Part shown: one piece after another, positions 11,123-20,687 of the stretch
Layout: the number at the start of each line of letters is the position of its first letter
Numbering within the stretch: position 1 is the first letter of the stretch
DNA from: Candidatus Saccharimonadota bacterium
Lineage (GTDB): Bacteria > Pseudomonadota > Alphaproteobacteria > Rickettsiales > Anaplasmataceae
Direction: 5' to 3'
Assembly: GCF_013365475.1 (NCBI RefSeq)
Contig: NZ_CP046579.1
Span: 780,001-812,000 of the forward strand
DNA length: 32,000 bases
Made by a program: the position numbers and the translations under genes
Notes under the pieces: generated by a model
The model's database searches: none
Told to the model about the DNA's origin: nothing
Seen by the model: the letters and a program-made list of their open reading frames with translations, nothing else

Positions 11123-12619
11123 TTACTCTAAATCAGATACTGATGAATTAGGTATTTGATATGTGTAATTTAGATCGTTTTGTGTGATAACTATATCATG
11201 AGCATGGCTTTCTCTTAATCCTGATGCAGTGATAGTGATAAATTTGCAATTTTTTCTCATTTCTTCTATATTCCTGTTACCAGTATAACCCATTGCAGCC
11301 TGCAATCCGCCAATTAGCTGATGGATTACCTCTGAAGCAGGACCTTTGAATGGAACTTTCCCTTCTACTCCTTGTGGTACTAATTTTAGTTTTGAATCTT
11401 TATTCTGAAAATAACGGCTAGCTGAGCCTCTTTTCATTGCGCTAATAGACCCCATCCCTCGATAGCTTTTGTACGTTCTGCCATTGCATGTGATAACCTC
11501 ACCTGGGCTTTCATTAGTACCTGCAAAGAGTGAACCAATCATTACAGAATCAGCACCTGCTGCAATAGCTTTTGCAATATCTCCTGAGCATTTTATACCA
11601 CCATCAGCAATTAATCTTATTTTTCTTGCCTTGCATACTTCTGCAATGTTCTGAATTGCGGAAAACTGTGGGACACCAACACCAGTAACTATCCTTGTTG
11701 TACAGATCGACCCAGGCCCTATACCAACTTTTACTGCGTCAACTCCTACATCAATTAAAGCTTCAGCAGCTTCTTTTGTAGCAATATTTCCACCTACTAG
11801 CTGTATATTTGGGTACATAGCTTTTATTTCCTTAATAGTATTAATAACATTTTCGGAATGACCATGAGCAGTATCTACAATAATCGCATCAATTTCTTTC
11901 CCGATCAAAGCTTCACATCTTTCGATGCCATCCTTTTTACCAGTACCAATTGCAGCAGCAACTCTTAATCGCCCTTTACTATCTTTGCATGAATTAGGAT
12001 ATCTATTATATTTTTCGATATCCTTAACTGTGATTAGTCCTATACAACAAGAATTTTCGTCTATAACTAAAAGCTTTTCTATTCTATTCGCGTGTAGCAA
12101 CCTCATTGCTGAAGTACTGTCTACTTCTTGTTCACGGACTGTAATTAACTTGTCTTTTGTCATTACCTCAGAAACTTTTATATTTATACCTCGGCCTTCA
12201 ATAAATTTTACATCTCGATTAGTGAGAATACCAACTAACTTATGTTGATCAACTACAGGAATGCCAGAATAATTGTGTTCTCTCATTAGTAAAATTGCTT
12301 CTGCAACTGTTTTATTTGGTGAAATTGTAATTGGATTGTATACGATCCAGCTTTCATACTCTTTTACCCTTTTTACCTCTGAAACTTGCTCCTCTATCGA
12401 TAAGTTTTTATGTATGCAGCCTATTCCCCCATGTTGTGCAATAGTTATTGCAAAGTCTGATTCAGTAACAGTGTCCATTGCAGAGGATACAAGAGGAATG
12501 TTGAGTTCTATATTATTTGTTAGATAGGTCTTTGTGTCAGTATCACAAGGTAATATGTTAGAATGAGCTGGTAAAAGAAGTATATCGTCAAACGAATAAC
12601 AAACTTCCATTTTTTTCAT
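11123..12619 (-). CDS. guaB: Inosine-5'-monophosphate dehydrogenase
   Basis: 498 aa. Catalytic loop [11 protein letters not shown], an inserted CBS pair, and [17 protein letters not shown]. Confidence 0.97.
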   Translation of the reverse strand: MKKMEVCYSFDDILLLPAHSNILPCDTDTKTYLTNNIELNIPLVSSAMDTVTESDFAITIAQHGGIGCIHKNLSIEEQVSEVKRVKEYESWIVYNPITISPNKTVAEAILLMREHNYSGIPVVDQHKLVGILTNRDVKFIEGRGINIKVSEVMTKDKLITVREQEVDSTSAMRLLHANRIEKLLVIDENSCCIGLITVKDIEKYNRYPNSCKDSKGRLRVAAAIGTGKKDGIERCEALIGKEIDAIIVDTAHGHSENVINTIKEIKAMYPNIQLVGGNIATKEAAEALIDVGVDAVKVGIGPGSICTTRIVTGVGVPQFSAIQNIAEVCKARKIRLIADGGIKCSGDIAKAIAAGADSVMIGSLFAGTNESPGEVITCNGRTYKSYRGMGSISAMKRGSASRYFQNKDSKLKLVPQGVEGKVPFKGPASEVIHQLIGGLQAAMGYTGNRNIEEMRKNCKFITITASGLRESHAHDIVITQNDLNYTYQIPNSSVSDLE

Positions 12620-13363
12620 AGGCTTTATTTAAAGCTTATACGTCAATTGGTTGAATTGCAATAGGCTTTGTTAGATTAACTTAAATTGACTTAAACAAGG
12701 AGTTACTTTACTTCATTACTATTGATATAGTAGTAGCACTGTATTTCACTTAATTACTAATTGCTTTCAATCAGTTTATAAAAAACACCTAGAAAAACAC
12801 AAAAGTTACATCAGGTCAAAAACAAAGCAGATAATGTGATAAAGCAAAATAGAGAAAGAAAAGGTGATAACGTGCTTGTACCTTCTTTAGAAGAGAACAT
12901 CAAATTTATAAGAGTATATAAAGATATCAATGATAATTGAACGATAAAATGGTTTGCTATAATGTTAATTCAAATAGTATAACCAATTCAAAGGAGAAGG
13001 AACATCTGCATATAGTTTAATATTAAGACCAGTAATAATAATGAAATAGGTAACAGCAGTATATAAGACAAAGTAATAATCAGCTAGTTTTAGAAAGATG
13101 CAAAAAGGATTAAAGAGAACTTCAAAATATTCAAAGTAAATCTACTATTAAGAATAAGTTACATCCATTTAAAACAATAACTTACAAGAATAGTTAAGAA
13201 AGTACTCATACACATTAGTAAAAGAGTAGTCAAGAAAGAGCTAAAAGCTATAATCGGTAATAGATGATTTTTATGTACAGCAATAAAAACTAGAGTAAAA
13301 ACAGCTAAAGGGCGGAAAATATCTTCAACTAGATGGTTATGTCGTCATTTAAATGATAAATAT

Positions 13364-13927
13364 GTGCAAAGAACCAGCAAGGATGGCTATAGATCACGCT
13401 CAGCATACAAGTTGATAGAGATAGATAATAAATTTAAATTATTCCAAAGAGGGCAGAAAGTCATTGACCTTGGTGCTTTTCCTGGAGGTTGGTCACAAGT
13501 TGCGTCACAGAAAGGAGCTAATGTAGTTGCAATTGATACAAAACAAGTCAACTTGATTGATGGAGTAGAGTACATAAAGTGTGATATTGTAAATGAGCTT
13601 GAAATTTTAAAAGAAAGACTTAAGGATCAAAGATTTGACGTAATTCTGTCTGATATGGCTCCGGAATCTTGTGGTGTAAGATCATTAGATCATATTAGGA
13701 TCATGTTTTTATGTAAATTAGCACTTAATCTTGCAAATTATTGCCTAGCCTGCGGTGGCAAATTTGTAGTAAAAGTTTTTCAAGGTGAATCTGATATGGA
13801 CTTTTGTAACGAATTAAAAAAAATATTCAAAATAGTAAAATACTTTAAACCAAGATCAAGTAGATCTGAATCTACAGAAATATATTTAGTAAGTTTAGAC
13901 TTTACTAAAAATAGATTTTTTTCATAG
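13364..13927 (+). CDS. rlmE: 23S rRNA (U2552 2'-O) methyltransferase RlmE/FtsJ, with a disrupted 5' end
   Basis: YRSRSAYKL, DLGAFPGGWSQV, LSDMAP, KVFQG and STEIYL motifs (the K-D-K-E tetrad is retained). The ORF-track start is a GTG. The reading frame stays open and conserved (SSTRWLCRHLNDKYV) back to 13268 without any start codon. The ATGs at 13264 and 13273 are in another frame (see findings). Confidence 0.85.
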   Translation: MQRTSKDGYRSRSAYKLIEIDNKFKLFQRGQKVIDLGAFPGGWSQVASQKGANVVAIDTKQVNLIDGVEYIKCDIVNELEILKERLKDQRFDVILSDMAPESCGVRSLDHIRIMFLCKLALNLANYCLACGGKFVVKVFQGESDMDFCNELKKIFKIVKYFKPRSSRSESTEIYLVSLDFTKNRFFS

Positions 13928-13940
13928 GAATGAGAAACTT

Positions 13941-14591
13941 TTAGTCCTGTTCTATAGCAAACTTTAATGCCATATAGACAGCTATAGTGCTGTTAATCAT
14001 CATAATTAAAAAAATTAAAGCAGTAATAAGTAATGTATGAATACTCAGAGATAAACTTTCAAACTGAACTAGCAATTTGAAATACACAAAAGTTGGCATT
14101 ATGATTGGTAAAATAAGGACTTGTGGTACTCCTGATGCTAAGAAACTATTTCGACCAATCATTAATGCATTCCCAGTAGCTGAGATATTAATTACTATCA
14201 GCATATTGAGTAATAAAGACAAACCAACTATCATCGAGTATTTAACACCAGTGCCTAAAACTACGGAGCTAAATACAAAAGAAATTACTGCAATCGGAAA
14301 TCCAAATAATACCCAGTGAATAAAAATTTTGTAAATAATCATAAGCTTAGAGGAAAACGGTTGTATAAAGATCTGCTCTAATATTCCATCACGATAATCA
14401 GGAGCAAATAAATTGCTTGTAGAGATTTGCAGAACAAACGCAGCACATATCCATATCAATGCTAACATAGTTTCTTGTTCACTGTCATTCCCAAGTGTGA
14501 GTGAAGATAAACTTAACATTACAATGAAGATACATATTACATAGATGAGATCACTATTACTTGCCACTAACCTTCTTATTGAGCTGATCAT
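13941..14591 (-). CDS. ccmB: Heme exporter protein B (cytochrome c maturation ABC permease)
   Basis: 216 aa, six-TM-like hydrophobic ORF with the CcmB signature LFAPDYRDGILEQI. Confidence 0.85.
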   Translation of the reverse strand: MISSIRRLVASNSDLIYVICIFIVMLSLSSLTLGNDSEQETMLALIWICAAFVLQISTSNLFAPDYRDGILEQIFIQPFSSKLMIIYKIFIHWVLFGFPIAVISFVFSSVVLGTGVKYSMIVGLSLLLNMLIVINISATGNALMIGRNSFLASGVPQVLILPIIMPTFVYFKLLVQFESLSLSIHTLLITALIFLIMMINSTIAVYMALKFAIEQD

Positions 14592-14671
14592 GCTAGGCTT
14601 TTAAAGATTTATTATAAATTATAGTGTTTGCTTTGAGATAGTATATTGATTACTTAATAAACGATTAAATC

Positions 14672-15055
14672 ATGAAAGAATTACCAAAAATAAAGTTACC
14701 AGAAGACTATGCTCCATCAGAAAATGAAGAATATATGAGTGTGAAACAGATTGAATACTTCAGTTTAAAACTGCAATCAATGCTTGCTGAGATGGAGAAG
14801 CATCAACTAGAAGAAAGTGCATACTATTCTGACGAAGATAATGGAAATGAAAGATTAATTAAGCTCAGAAAAGAGAGAAAAGAAAAAATCAAAGATGCAC
14901 TAAAAAAAATAAAATTGGGCACATACGGCTATTGTGAAAGAACAGGAGAAGAAATAGGAGCTGAAAGACTTAAAGCTAATCCGTTTGCTATATATTGCAT
15001 TGAAGAGCAAGAGAAATTAGAAAGGGAAAAAAATGCATATAATATTGAAGACTAA
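14672..15055 (+). CDS. dksA: DksA/TraR-family RNA polymerase-binding regulator (two-Cys variant)
   Basis: 127 aa. Coiled-coil N-terminus and C-terminal CERTGEEIGAERLKANPFAIYCIEEQ, aligning to E. coli [26 protein letters not shown]. Confidence 0.85.
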   Translation: MKELPKIKLPEDYAPSENEEYMSVKQIEYFSLKLQSMLAEMEKHQLEESAYYSDEDNGNERLIKLRKERKEKIKDALKKIKLGTYGYCERTGEEIGAERLKANPFAIYCIEEQEKLEREKNAYNIED

Positions 15056-15708
15056 CTTGAAAATATTTTAACAAATCTATTATTTGATTTCTTTCTTCTT
15101 GATCTTTCTAGCTTTTCTTTCTCTAATATAGAGCTTATTTCTTTCACACTTTTATCAATGTCATCATTGATTATTATGTAATCATATTTATCTCTCTTGC
15201 TTATCTCCTTTTGAGCTTCAGCTAGTCTACACTCTATCTCATTTGCACTATCAGCATTACGTTTTTGCAAACGTAGCCTAAGCTCTTCTATTGAGGGAGG
15301 AAGCATAAAAATGCTCACAACCTTTTCTCTCATAATTTTAAACAAATGAAATGCTCCTTGCCAATCTATACTCAGTAAGACACTTACTCCATTGTTTAGA
15401 TTTTGTTTTATAAAATCCTTTGGTATACCATAAAAATTTTTAAAGACCTTAGCGTGCTCAAGCATTTTACCAGACTTGCACAATTCATGAAACCTTTCCT
15501 CAGTGACGAAAAAATAGTCTTTCCCGTTTATTTCACCAGGACGAGGTTTACGTGTAGTTACAGAAATAGATCTAACTAGGTTAGTTGATTGATTAAATAA
15601 CCTCTCTAATACAGTAGTCTTTCCTGTCCCAGAGGGAGAAGATAGAATTAACAGTATACCATTCACTCTTTTTTGCCATTTTAAAAAGTAATTTAATAAG
15701 AATATCAT
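15052..15708 (-). CDS. gmk: Guanylate kinase
   Basis: P-loop SSPSGTGKTT with the guanylate kinase fold throughout. I prefer the ATG at 15708. The ORF track extends to a GTG at 15723. The stop overlaps the dksA stop convergently. Confidence 0.93.
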   Translation of the reverse strand: MIFLLNYFLKWQKRVNGILLILSSPSGTGKTTVLERLFNQSTNLVRSISVTTRKPRPGEINGKDYFFVTEERFHELCKSGKMLEHAKVFKNFYGIPKDFIKQNLNNGVSVLLSIDWQGAFHLFKIMREKVVSIFMLPPSIEELRLRLQKRNADSANEIECRLAEAQKEISKRDKYDYIIINDDIDKSVKEISSILEKEKLERSRRKKSNNRFVKIFSS

Positions 15709-16255
15709 AAATTCCTCACTCACTAAATTATAAACTTTCCAGAATTCATTCTTTCTTTAGGTCGGCTTCCAAAAGGCTATAACAGACAAAACTAGAATTC
15801 AATAGATTAGTAACCTTAGAAAGGAGCTACTAAAAGTAGCACAAGGCGAATCAGCCTTTTTAAAGGTTCAGCTATTTAAATTAATATTTATAAATTTCGT
15901 TCCGCTTAATCTTGAACAAGAAAAACAAGCATTTTTCAGATTCATGCTTTTAAACTCAAAGAGAGTAATTTATATTAAATCCTTTGCTTTGCAATATTTC
16001 TTCTTGTAACCCTTCAATTAAAGTTTTTTCTGCTATTTATTAGCAATTAAAATTGAATGGCAAAACCTATAATCTATCAGCAAGTATCAACAGTAGAATC
16101 TACATGCACTTGAAGAATAAAAATGTGCATTATCGATTACTGAATTACTGAGAAAAAAAGCTTATCTTTTTAAAAGCATTACTATTAAGCAGAGAAGATT
16201 TGAAGCTATTCTTAATAGAGCCTGAATTAGATACTCCTAGTTAAGAGATCCTGAA

Positions 16256-17473
16256 CTACTTCACTATTGAACTAGCAAACACTGGGTTTTCTATTTCACT
16301 AGAACTAATGCTATGGGAAAGGGTTGACTCATCAATTTGGGAGCCTTTTACCTTAACCTTATACATTGAGACCTTTGAAAGATCTATATTTTTTATCTCT
16401 GTAGAGGTAAATGATGAATAATCAAAAAAAGAACCGTTCATATTAGAATTTGTAACTTTAGCATTATTAAATTTCCCGTAACGGACGTCAGAGTCAGAAA
16501 TATTCACTTGGTCAAGTTCACTAGAACTGAAATCAATGTTAGATAGATCAGCATCACGAAGGATAACTTCATAAGCATATAAGTGTTTTATTTTAGAACC
16601 ATTCAGTATAGATTGCACAAAACTTGAATTATTACTACTGACATAGGAAATTTGTGTATTGCTTAAATTAGCCTTATTGAAGTTACTGTTAGTTATGATA
16701 GAAGAACTAAGGCGAACATTAGAAAGATCGCTACCTGTAAAATCTGATTCCTTTATTTCTGTACCATATATATTAGAATTCTCTAATGAAGAAAATTGTA
16801 CTTTTAATCCATGTAAATCAACTCCAAAAAAAATCGCATTATCAAGATTACTCTTTTGCACAACAGTATTACTTATTTCACTATCACTAAAGTCTACGTA
16901 ACCAATATCGGAGTTTAATAAACTAGAAAAATTCATTTTTACATTTGAAAAGTTAGTATGTATCCCAGCTATGTTGTGCATTCTAACCTTTCTTAGATTA
17001 GAGCTGATAAACTCAGCATAACTAACATTAGATTGAGTCAATATAATATCCGTCAAATTTGTATAAACAAATTTTGCGAAACTTAAGTCTGTATTTTCTA
17101 TTCTTACACCTTGTAAATTAGCATTGGAAAAATTAGCCCCACGTAAGTCAGCCTTAATAAAAGATACACCTGACAAATCAGTGTAAGAAAAATCAGATCC
17201 AACTAGATTAACCCCATCAAATGTGGATCTATTTAGGTACAACCCACTAAAATCAGCTCCACTTAAGTTAGGGCCAAAATTTTTCCCAAAGTCTTCTGGT
17301 ATACCTTCTTTATGGCACTTCATTAGAAATTTAGCAAAGTCTTGTTTACTATAAGATACATACTTTACCTCATGTAAAGTACTCAAAAAATTATCAACAG
17401 GATCTTCTATATTATTCACCACATACCCATAGCACAAATGACAGGCAAAAATCAATACCAAAAACTTAATCAC
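16256..17473 (-). CDS. Exported pentapeptide-repeat protein
   Basis: 405 aa. N-terminal signal-like segment (M)IKFLVLIFACHLCYG. From ADFSG to STLSH there are 63 consecutive pentapeptide units in one unbroken register, with the centre residue almost always L/F/I/V/M. The GTG start overlaps the upstream stop (GTGATTAA). Confidence 0.85.
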   Translation of the reverse strand: MIKFLVLIFACHLCYGYVVNNIEDPVDNFLSTLHEVKYVSYSKQDFAKFLMKCHKEGIPEDFGKNFGPNLSGADFSGLYLNRSTFDGVNLVGSDFSYTDLSGVSFIKADLRGANFSNANLQGVRIENTDLSFAKFVYTNLTDIILTQSNVSYAEFISSNLRKVRMHNIAGIHTNFSNVKMNFSSLLNSDIGYVDFSDSEISNTVVQKSNLDNAIFFGVDLHGLKVQFSSLENSNIYGTEIKESDFTGSDLSNVRLSSSIITNSNFNKANLSNTQISYVSSNNSSFVQSILNGSKIKHLYAYEVILRDADLSNIDFSSSELDQVNISDSDVRYGKFNNAKVTNSNMNGSFFDYSSFTSTEIKNIDLSKVSMYKVKVKGSQIDESTLSHSISSSEIENPVFASSIVK

Positions 17474-18698
17474 TTTTTTTGCTATAACAAAATTTATTAT
17501 CTTCTTTTGCCTTTATAGACCAATTATGCATCTCTAAGTCTTCTCCTTTATTGCCTATTCCTTCAGATTCCGAAAAACATGGCATCATCTCAGCAATCGC
17601 ATTTACTATGTCAACTCGTTCTCTTTCAATCGCTATACTAATAGGAGATTGAAGATTGTTATTAATCACTCTAGGGTCAGCACCTTGTAATAAGAGGAAA
17701 CGCACTATATCTATTCTTCCTTGCTTGACAGCATAAATTAGAGGAGTATCTCCCAGCTTATTTCTAAACTTCAGCACCTCTTGAACTGTTAACTCAAGCT
17801 TTTCTAATTTACTCATTATTCCTCTTAAGCAAATTAAATTGTTCTTTCTAACACAATAAAAAAGCTGCTTACTATAGTCAGTAACAGACACGGCTGTTGG
17901 AAGATGCTCATTAAGCAGACCATATTGTTTCTTGTATATTGCACTATCTTGTGCATCTTTATAATGCCATCCTTTCGCTGATTCTCTGCTTAATTTTATC
18001 CACTTTTGTAAATTTTTCTCTTCCTCACGTTTACTTTTCTCATCTTTATTAGGAATAGTTCCATCTATATCAGAGCCTTTATCTAATTCCTTCACTCCTT
18101 CTGCAACTAAGGCATGCAACTTTTTCTCTTCTAACAATTCGTCTATATTATTTCCAAAATGTTCATTCTTTTCAATATCAACTTCCCTATTAATTTGTAT
18201 ATTCCCCTCCAAATAAGTTGGATTTTCACTTAGACTAGTACTTGCAAGGAAAGTTAAATTTTTACTAACCCCTATGTTAATAGAATTAAGTAAATTTAGA
18301 GTAGTCCAATTTTTACTTCTCTTTAACAGATCCCAGCTAAAATCCAGTAAAACTTTATTATTCCTCTTTGCCAAATTTACATCATTTTCAATTGCAAAAG
18401 TTTTGTTCTTATTATAGTGTAGCCTTTCTTTACTTCCTGTTTTTCTAGTTTTGATATTCTGTATATGTTCAATATCTAACTTATCAACTGCATTTTTGAA
18501 TGGCTCCAAGACATTTCCCTGTCGAATCTTACTTTGTAGTAAAACTTGTTTTAGATGCTCCACAACACCTATATCTCCAAGTAAAGGACTAATTGGCTTA
18601 CTTATATTGATTTTCTTTTCTTCAAACTGACCTATAGCAAATAAACTCACTGAGCTAAATAAGAAAAATAATGATATAAAGTACAAAATACTCTTCAT
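17466..18698 (-). CDS. Exported ankyrin-repeat protein
   Basis: 410 aa. Signal-like N-terminus MKSILYFISLFFLFSSVSLFAIGQ. C-terminal ANK repeats (GDTPLIYAVKQGRIDIVRFLLLQGADPRVINNNLQSPISIAIERERVDIVNAI, roughly nt 17583-17870). The remaining ~270 aa have no recognisable family. Confidence 0.8.
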   Translation of the reverse strand: MKSILYFISLFFLFSSVSLFAIGQFEEKKINISKPISPLLGDIGVVEHLKQVLLQSKIRQGNVLEPFKNAVDKLDIEHIQNIKTRKTGSKERLHYNKNKTFAIENDVNLAKRNNKVLLDFSWDLLKRSKNWTTLNLLNSINIGVSKNLTFLASTSLSENPTYLEGNIQINREVDIEKNEHFGNNIDELLEEKKLHALVAEGVKELDKGSDIDGTIPNKDEKSKREEEKNLQKWIKLSRESAKGWHYKDAQDSAIYKKQYGLLNEHLPTAVSVTDYSKQLFYCVRKNNLICLRGIMSKLEKLELTVQEVLKFRNKLGDTPLIYAVKQGRIDIVRFLLLQGADPRVINNNLQSPISIAIERERVDIVNAIAEMMPCFSESEGIGNKGEDLEMHNWSIKAKEDNKFCYSKKSD

Positions 18699-19347
18699 AA
18701 ATGTTTTATTAGAAGCTTAGCTAAAAAGTATTACCAATAGAATAATTAATCTATATTAAAAATGAATATGAGAAATAAAGGAAAATTATGAATTTTGTAA
18801 CAGCAATATTAGCATGATACAAAAATAAAACATGTATTCTTATAAAAGTCTTGCAAATGCAGCACAATCGGCATTCATTAAGCTATCCAAGAAAATTGCA
18901 ATTTTTCTATTCTCATAGCCATCAAACTTACTACTCTATTTTTAACAATGTTCTTACTAAATTTGTAACACCAACTATATATCTGTGCATAAACTTAATC
19001 TTTCAAGCCCTTTGCTTTTATTTCTAATCATTACCTGTTTAAAACTACTTTTATTGTTCACTAAAACTAACATTTCTTCTAGACCAAGCTTCTCGAGTTT
19101 ACAATTTTCTTTCACAAGAAAAACATAGCCCGACTTCCATATTTTAGAAGAGAACAAAATACTACATATTTTATACATATAAAATACTAATGCTTGCCTT
19201 GACTTATATTAGCTCTATTAATAAAGGTATAGAAACAACTCAACTACAACATTAAAAGCTATCAACAAGGATTCAGTATAATTTAGGTTACATACCTAAG
19301 TAATATAAAATGACTAAAGTGGACAATTATGCATTAGCAGCAATATA

Positions 19348-19437
19348 CGGAGAGAGAGGGATTCGAACCCTCGATATAACTTTTAATTATATAACGGTTT
19401 AGCAAACCGCCGCCTTCAGCCACTCGGCCACCTCTCC
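19348..19437 (-). tRNA. tRNA-Ser (anticodon GCU)
   Basis: The reverse complement folds as a class II tRNA. Acceptor GGAGAGG/TCTCTCC, anticodon stem GCGGT/ACCGT with loop TTGCTAA, a long all-A/T variable arm, T arm GAGGG-TTCGAAT-CCCTC. Confidence 0.9.
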
Positions 19438-19565
19438 AAATTTTGGAACAAAGCTCATATATAATACCAAGGCCTCTAATAACCTGTCTAACACTTTTAA
19501 TAGCAATATTTTACGATACTTTATTACCCAAATAATTGAAAATTGGTTCTCATCACAAACAAGTT

Positions 19566-20072
19566 TTACTCAATAGCACTCTCAATAATCTCTTTAGCTT
19601 CTTTCATACCGACCCAATCACTAACTATTACTGTTTTTCCCTTCTCTAAATCTTTATAATGTAAAAAGAAATGGGTAATTTTATCCAGCAGATTTTTAGG
19701 TAAATCAGAATAGTTTTTTATATTATCATAATAATTATCAACACTGGAGATAGGTACAGCCAATACTTTTTCATCTTCTCCTTTCTCATCCCTAGTAAGT
19801 AAAGCACCTATTAGACGTACTGGTATCAAAACACCAGGTGTCAAGGGATATTGGGTTAATACTAAAGCATCTACAGGATCACCATCACCTGCACAGGTAT
19901 TTGGTATAAATCCATAATTACAAGGATAGACCATTGTAGTAGATAAAAATCTGTTGACTTGCAATAATCCAAGTTCCCTATCAAATTCATACTTTATAGG
20001 TTTAGCATTCGCACCTATTTCAATCATCACATTTATTACATCTGCTGTTACAGTTATTTTACTCAAATCCAT
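19566..20072 (-). CDS. ppa: Inorganic pyrophosphatase (family I)
   Basis: 168 aa with YPCNYGFIPNTCAGDGDPVDALVL. Confidence 0.96.
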   Translation of the reverse strand: MDLSKITVTADVINVMIEIGANAKPIKYEFDRELGLLQVNRFLSTTMVYPCNYGFIPNTCAGDGDPVDALVLTQYPLTPGVLIPVRLIGALLTRDEKGEDEKVLAVPISSVDNYYDNIKNYSDLPKNLLDKITHFFLHYKDLEKGKTVIVSDWVGMKEAKEIIESAIE

Positions 20073-20138
20073 AAATTACCTCTTACTAAGAGTAAACAAT
20101 TATATAATATATATTTTTAGCGGCTATTTAGAAACCAC

Positions 20139-20687
20139 TTAAATTAACTTAGATAAGTAAATGGCAACTTTACAACCTGTTTTTATGAATGAAGATAAAA
20201 CATTATAGCCAAATACGTCCTTAGCGTTGTACTTAATTGCAATATTCCTATGCTCTAACTCTTCATCACGAAACTTGTTTATAGTTTCTCTTAATTCATC
20301 ATCTTCTAAATGTAAAACTTGCTCTTTATAATGCTTTTCAATTACTTCCTCAACTGCAGCAGTACAAGCCATGGCAGCTTTTTCACCCATAATGGCCGTT
20401 GCAACACCAAGTGATACTCCCAATATACGCCAAATCGGTAATAAAATAGTAGGATGAATTTTCCTCTTTTTAATCTCCTGACTAAAATAGTGAAAATGTT
20501 TCTTTTCTTGTTCTTCCATTTCAATTATTCTATTGATTATAGAAGATTCTTTAAGAATAAATTTTTGACCAGAATAAATACAAACAGCTCCATACTCTCC
20601 AGCATGGTTTACTCTAATTGCTTGTTCTAAAAATTTTCTTTTCATCATCCCAATATTGCAGCTTCCTTTTCTCAAAATCTTCTCCAT
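20139..20687 (-). CDS. coq7: Demethoxyubiquinone hydroxylase (COQ7-type di-iron ubiquinone biosynthesis protein)
   Basis: 182 aa. RVNHAGEYGAVCIYSGQ, EEQEKKH and DEELEH carboxylate/His di-iron motifs. Confidence 0.9.
   Translation of the reverse strand: MEKILRKGSCNIGMMKRKFLEQAIRVNHAGEYGAVCIYSGQKFILKESSIINRIIEMEEQEKKHFHYFSQEIKKRKIHPTILLPIWRILGVSLGVATAIMGEKAAMACTAAVEEVIEKHYKEQVLHLEDDELRETINKFRDEELEHRNIAIKYNAKDVFGYNVLSSFIKTGCKVAIYLSKLI

Noticed and set aside
12620-13263. Long stop-free, Leu/Ile/Phe-rich stretches on the minus strand (for example INIIANHFIVQLSLISLYTLINLMFSS...) that look like a decayed membrane protein.
   Set aside because: The minus strand here is T/C-rich, which by itself suppresses stop codons and yields hydrophobic codons. 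Without a recognisable motif this cannot be told apart from a composition artefact.
18975-19178. 67 aa minus-strand ORF between the ankyrin gene and tRNA-Ser.
   Set aside because: It has no motif, no signal, poor start context and an odd composition. I treat it as spurious, though it could be a fragment of a decayed gene.
20342-20524. 60 aa alternative-frame ORF inside coq7 on the same strand.
   Set aside because: It is an overlapping out-of-frame ORF within a well-supported gene. It is Lys/Arg/Leu-rich and low-complexity, with no independent support.
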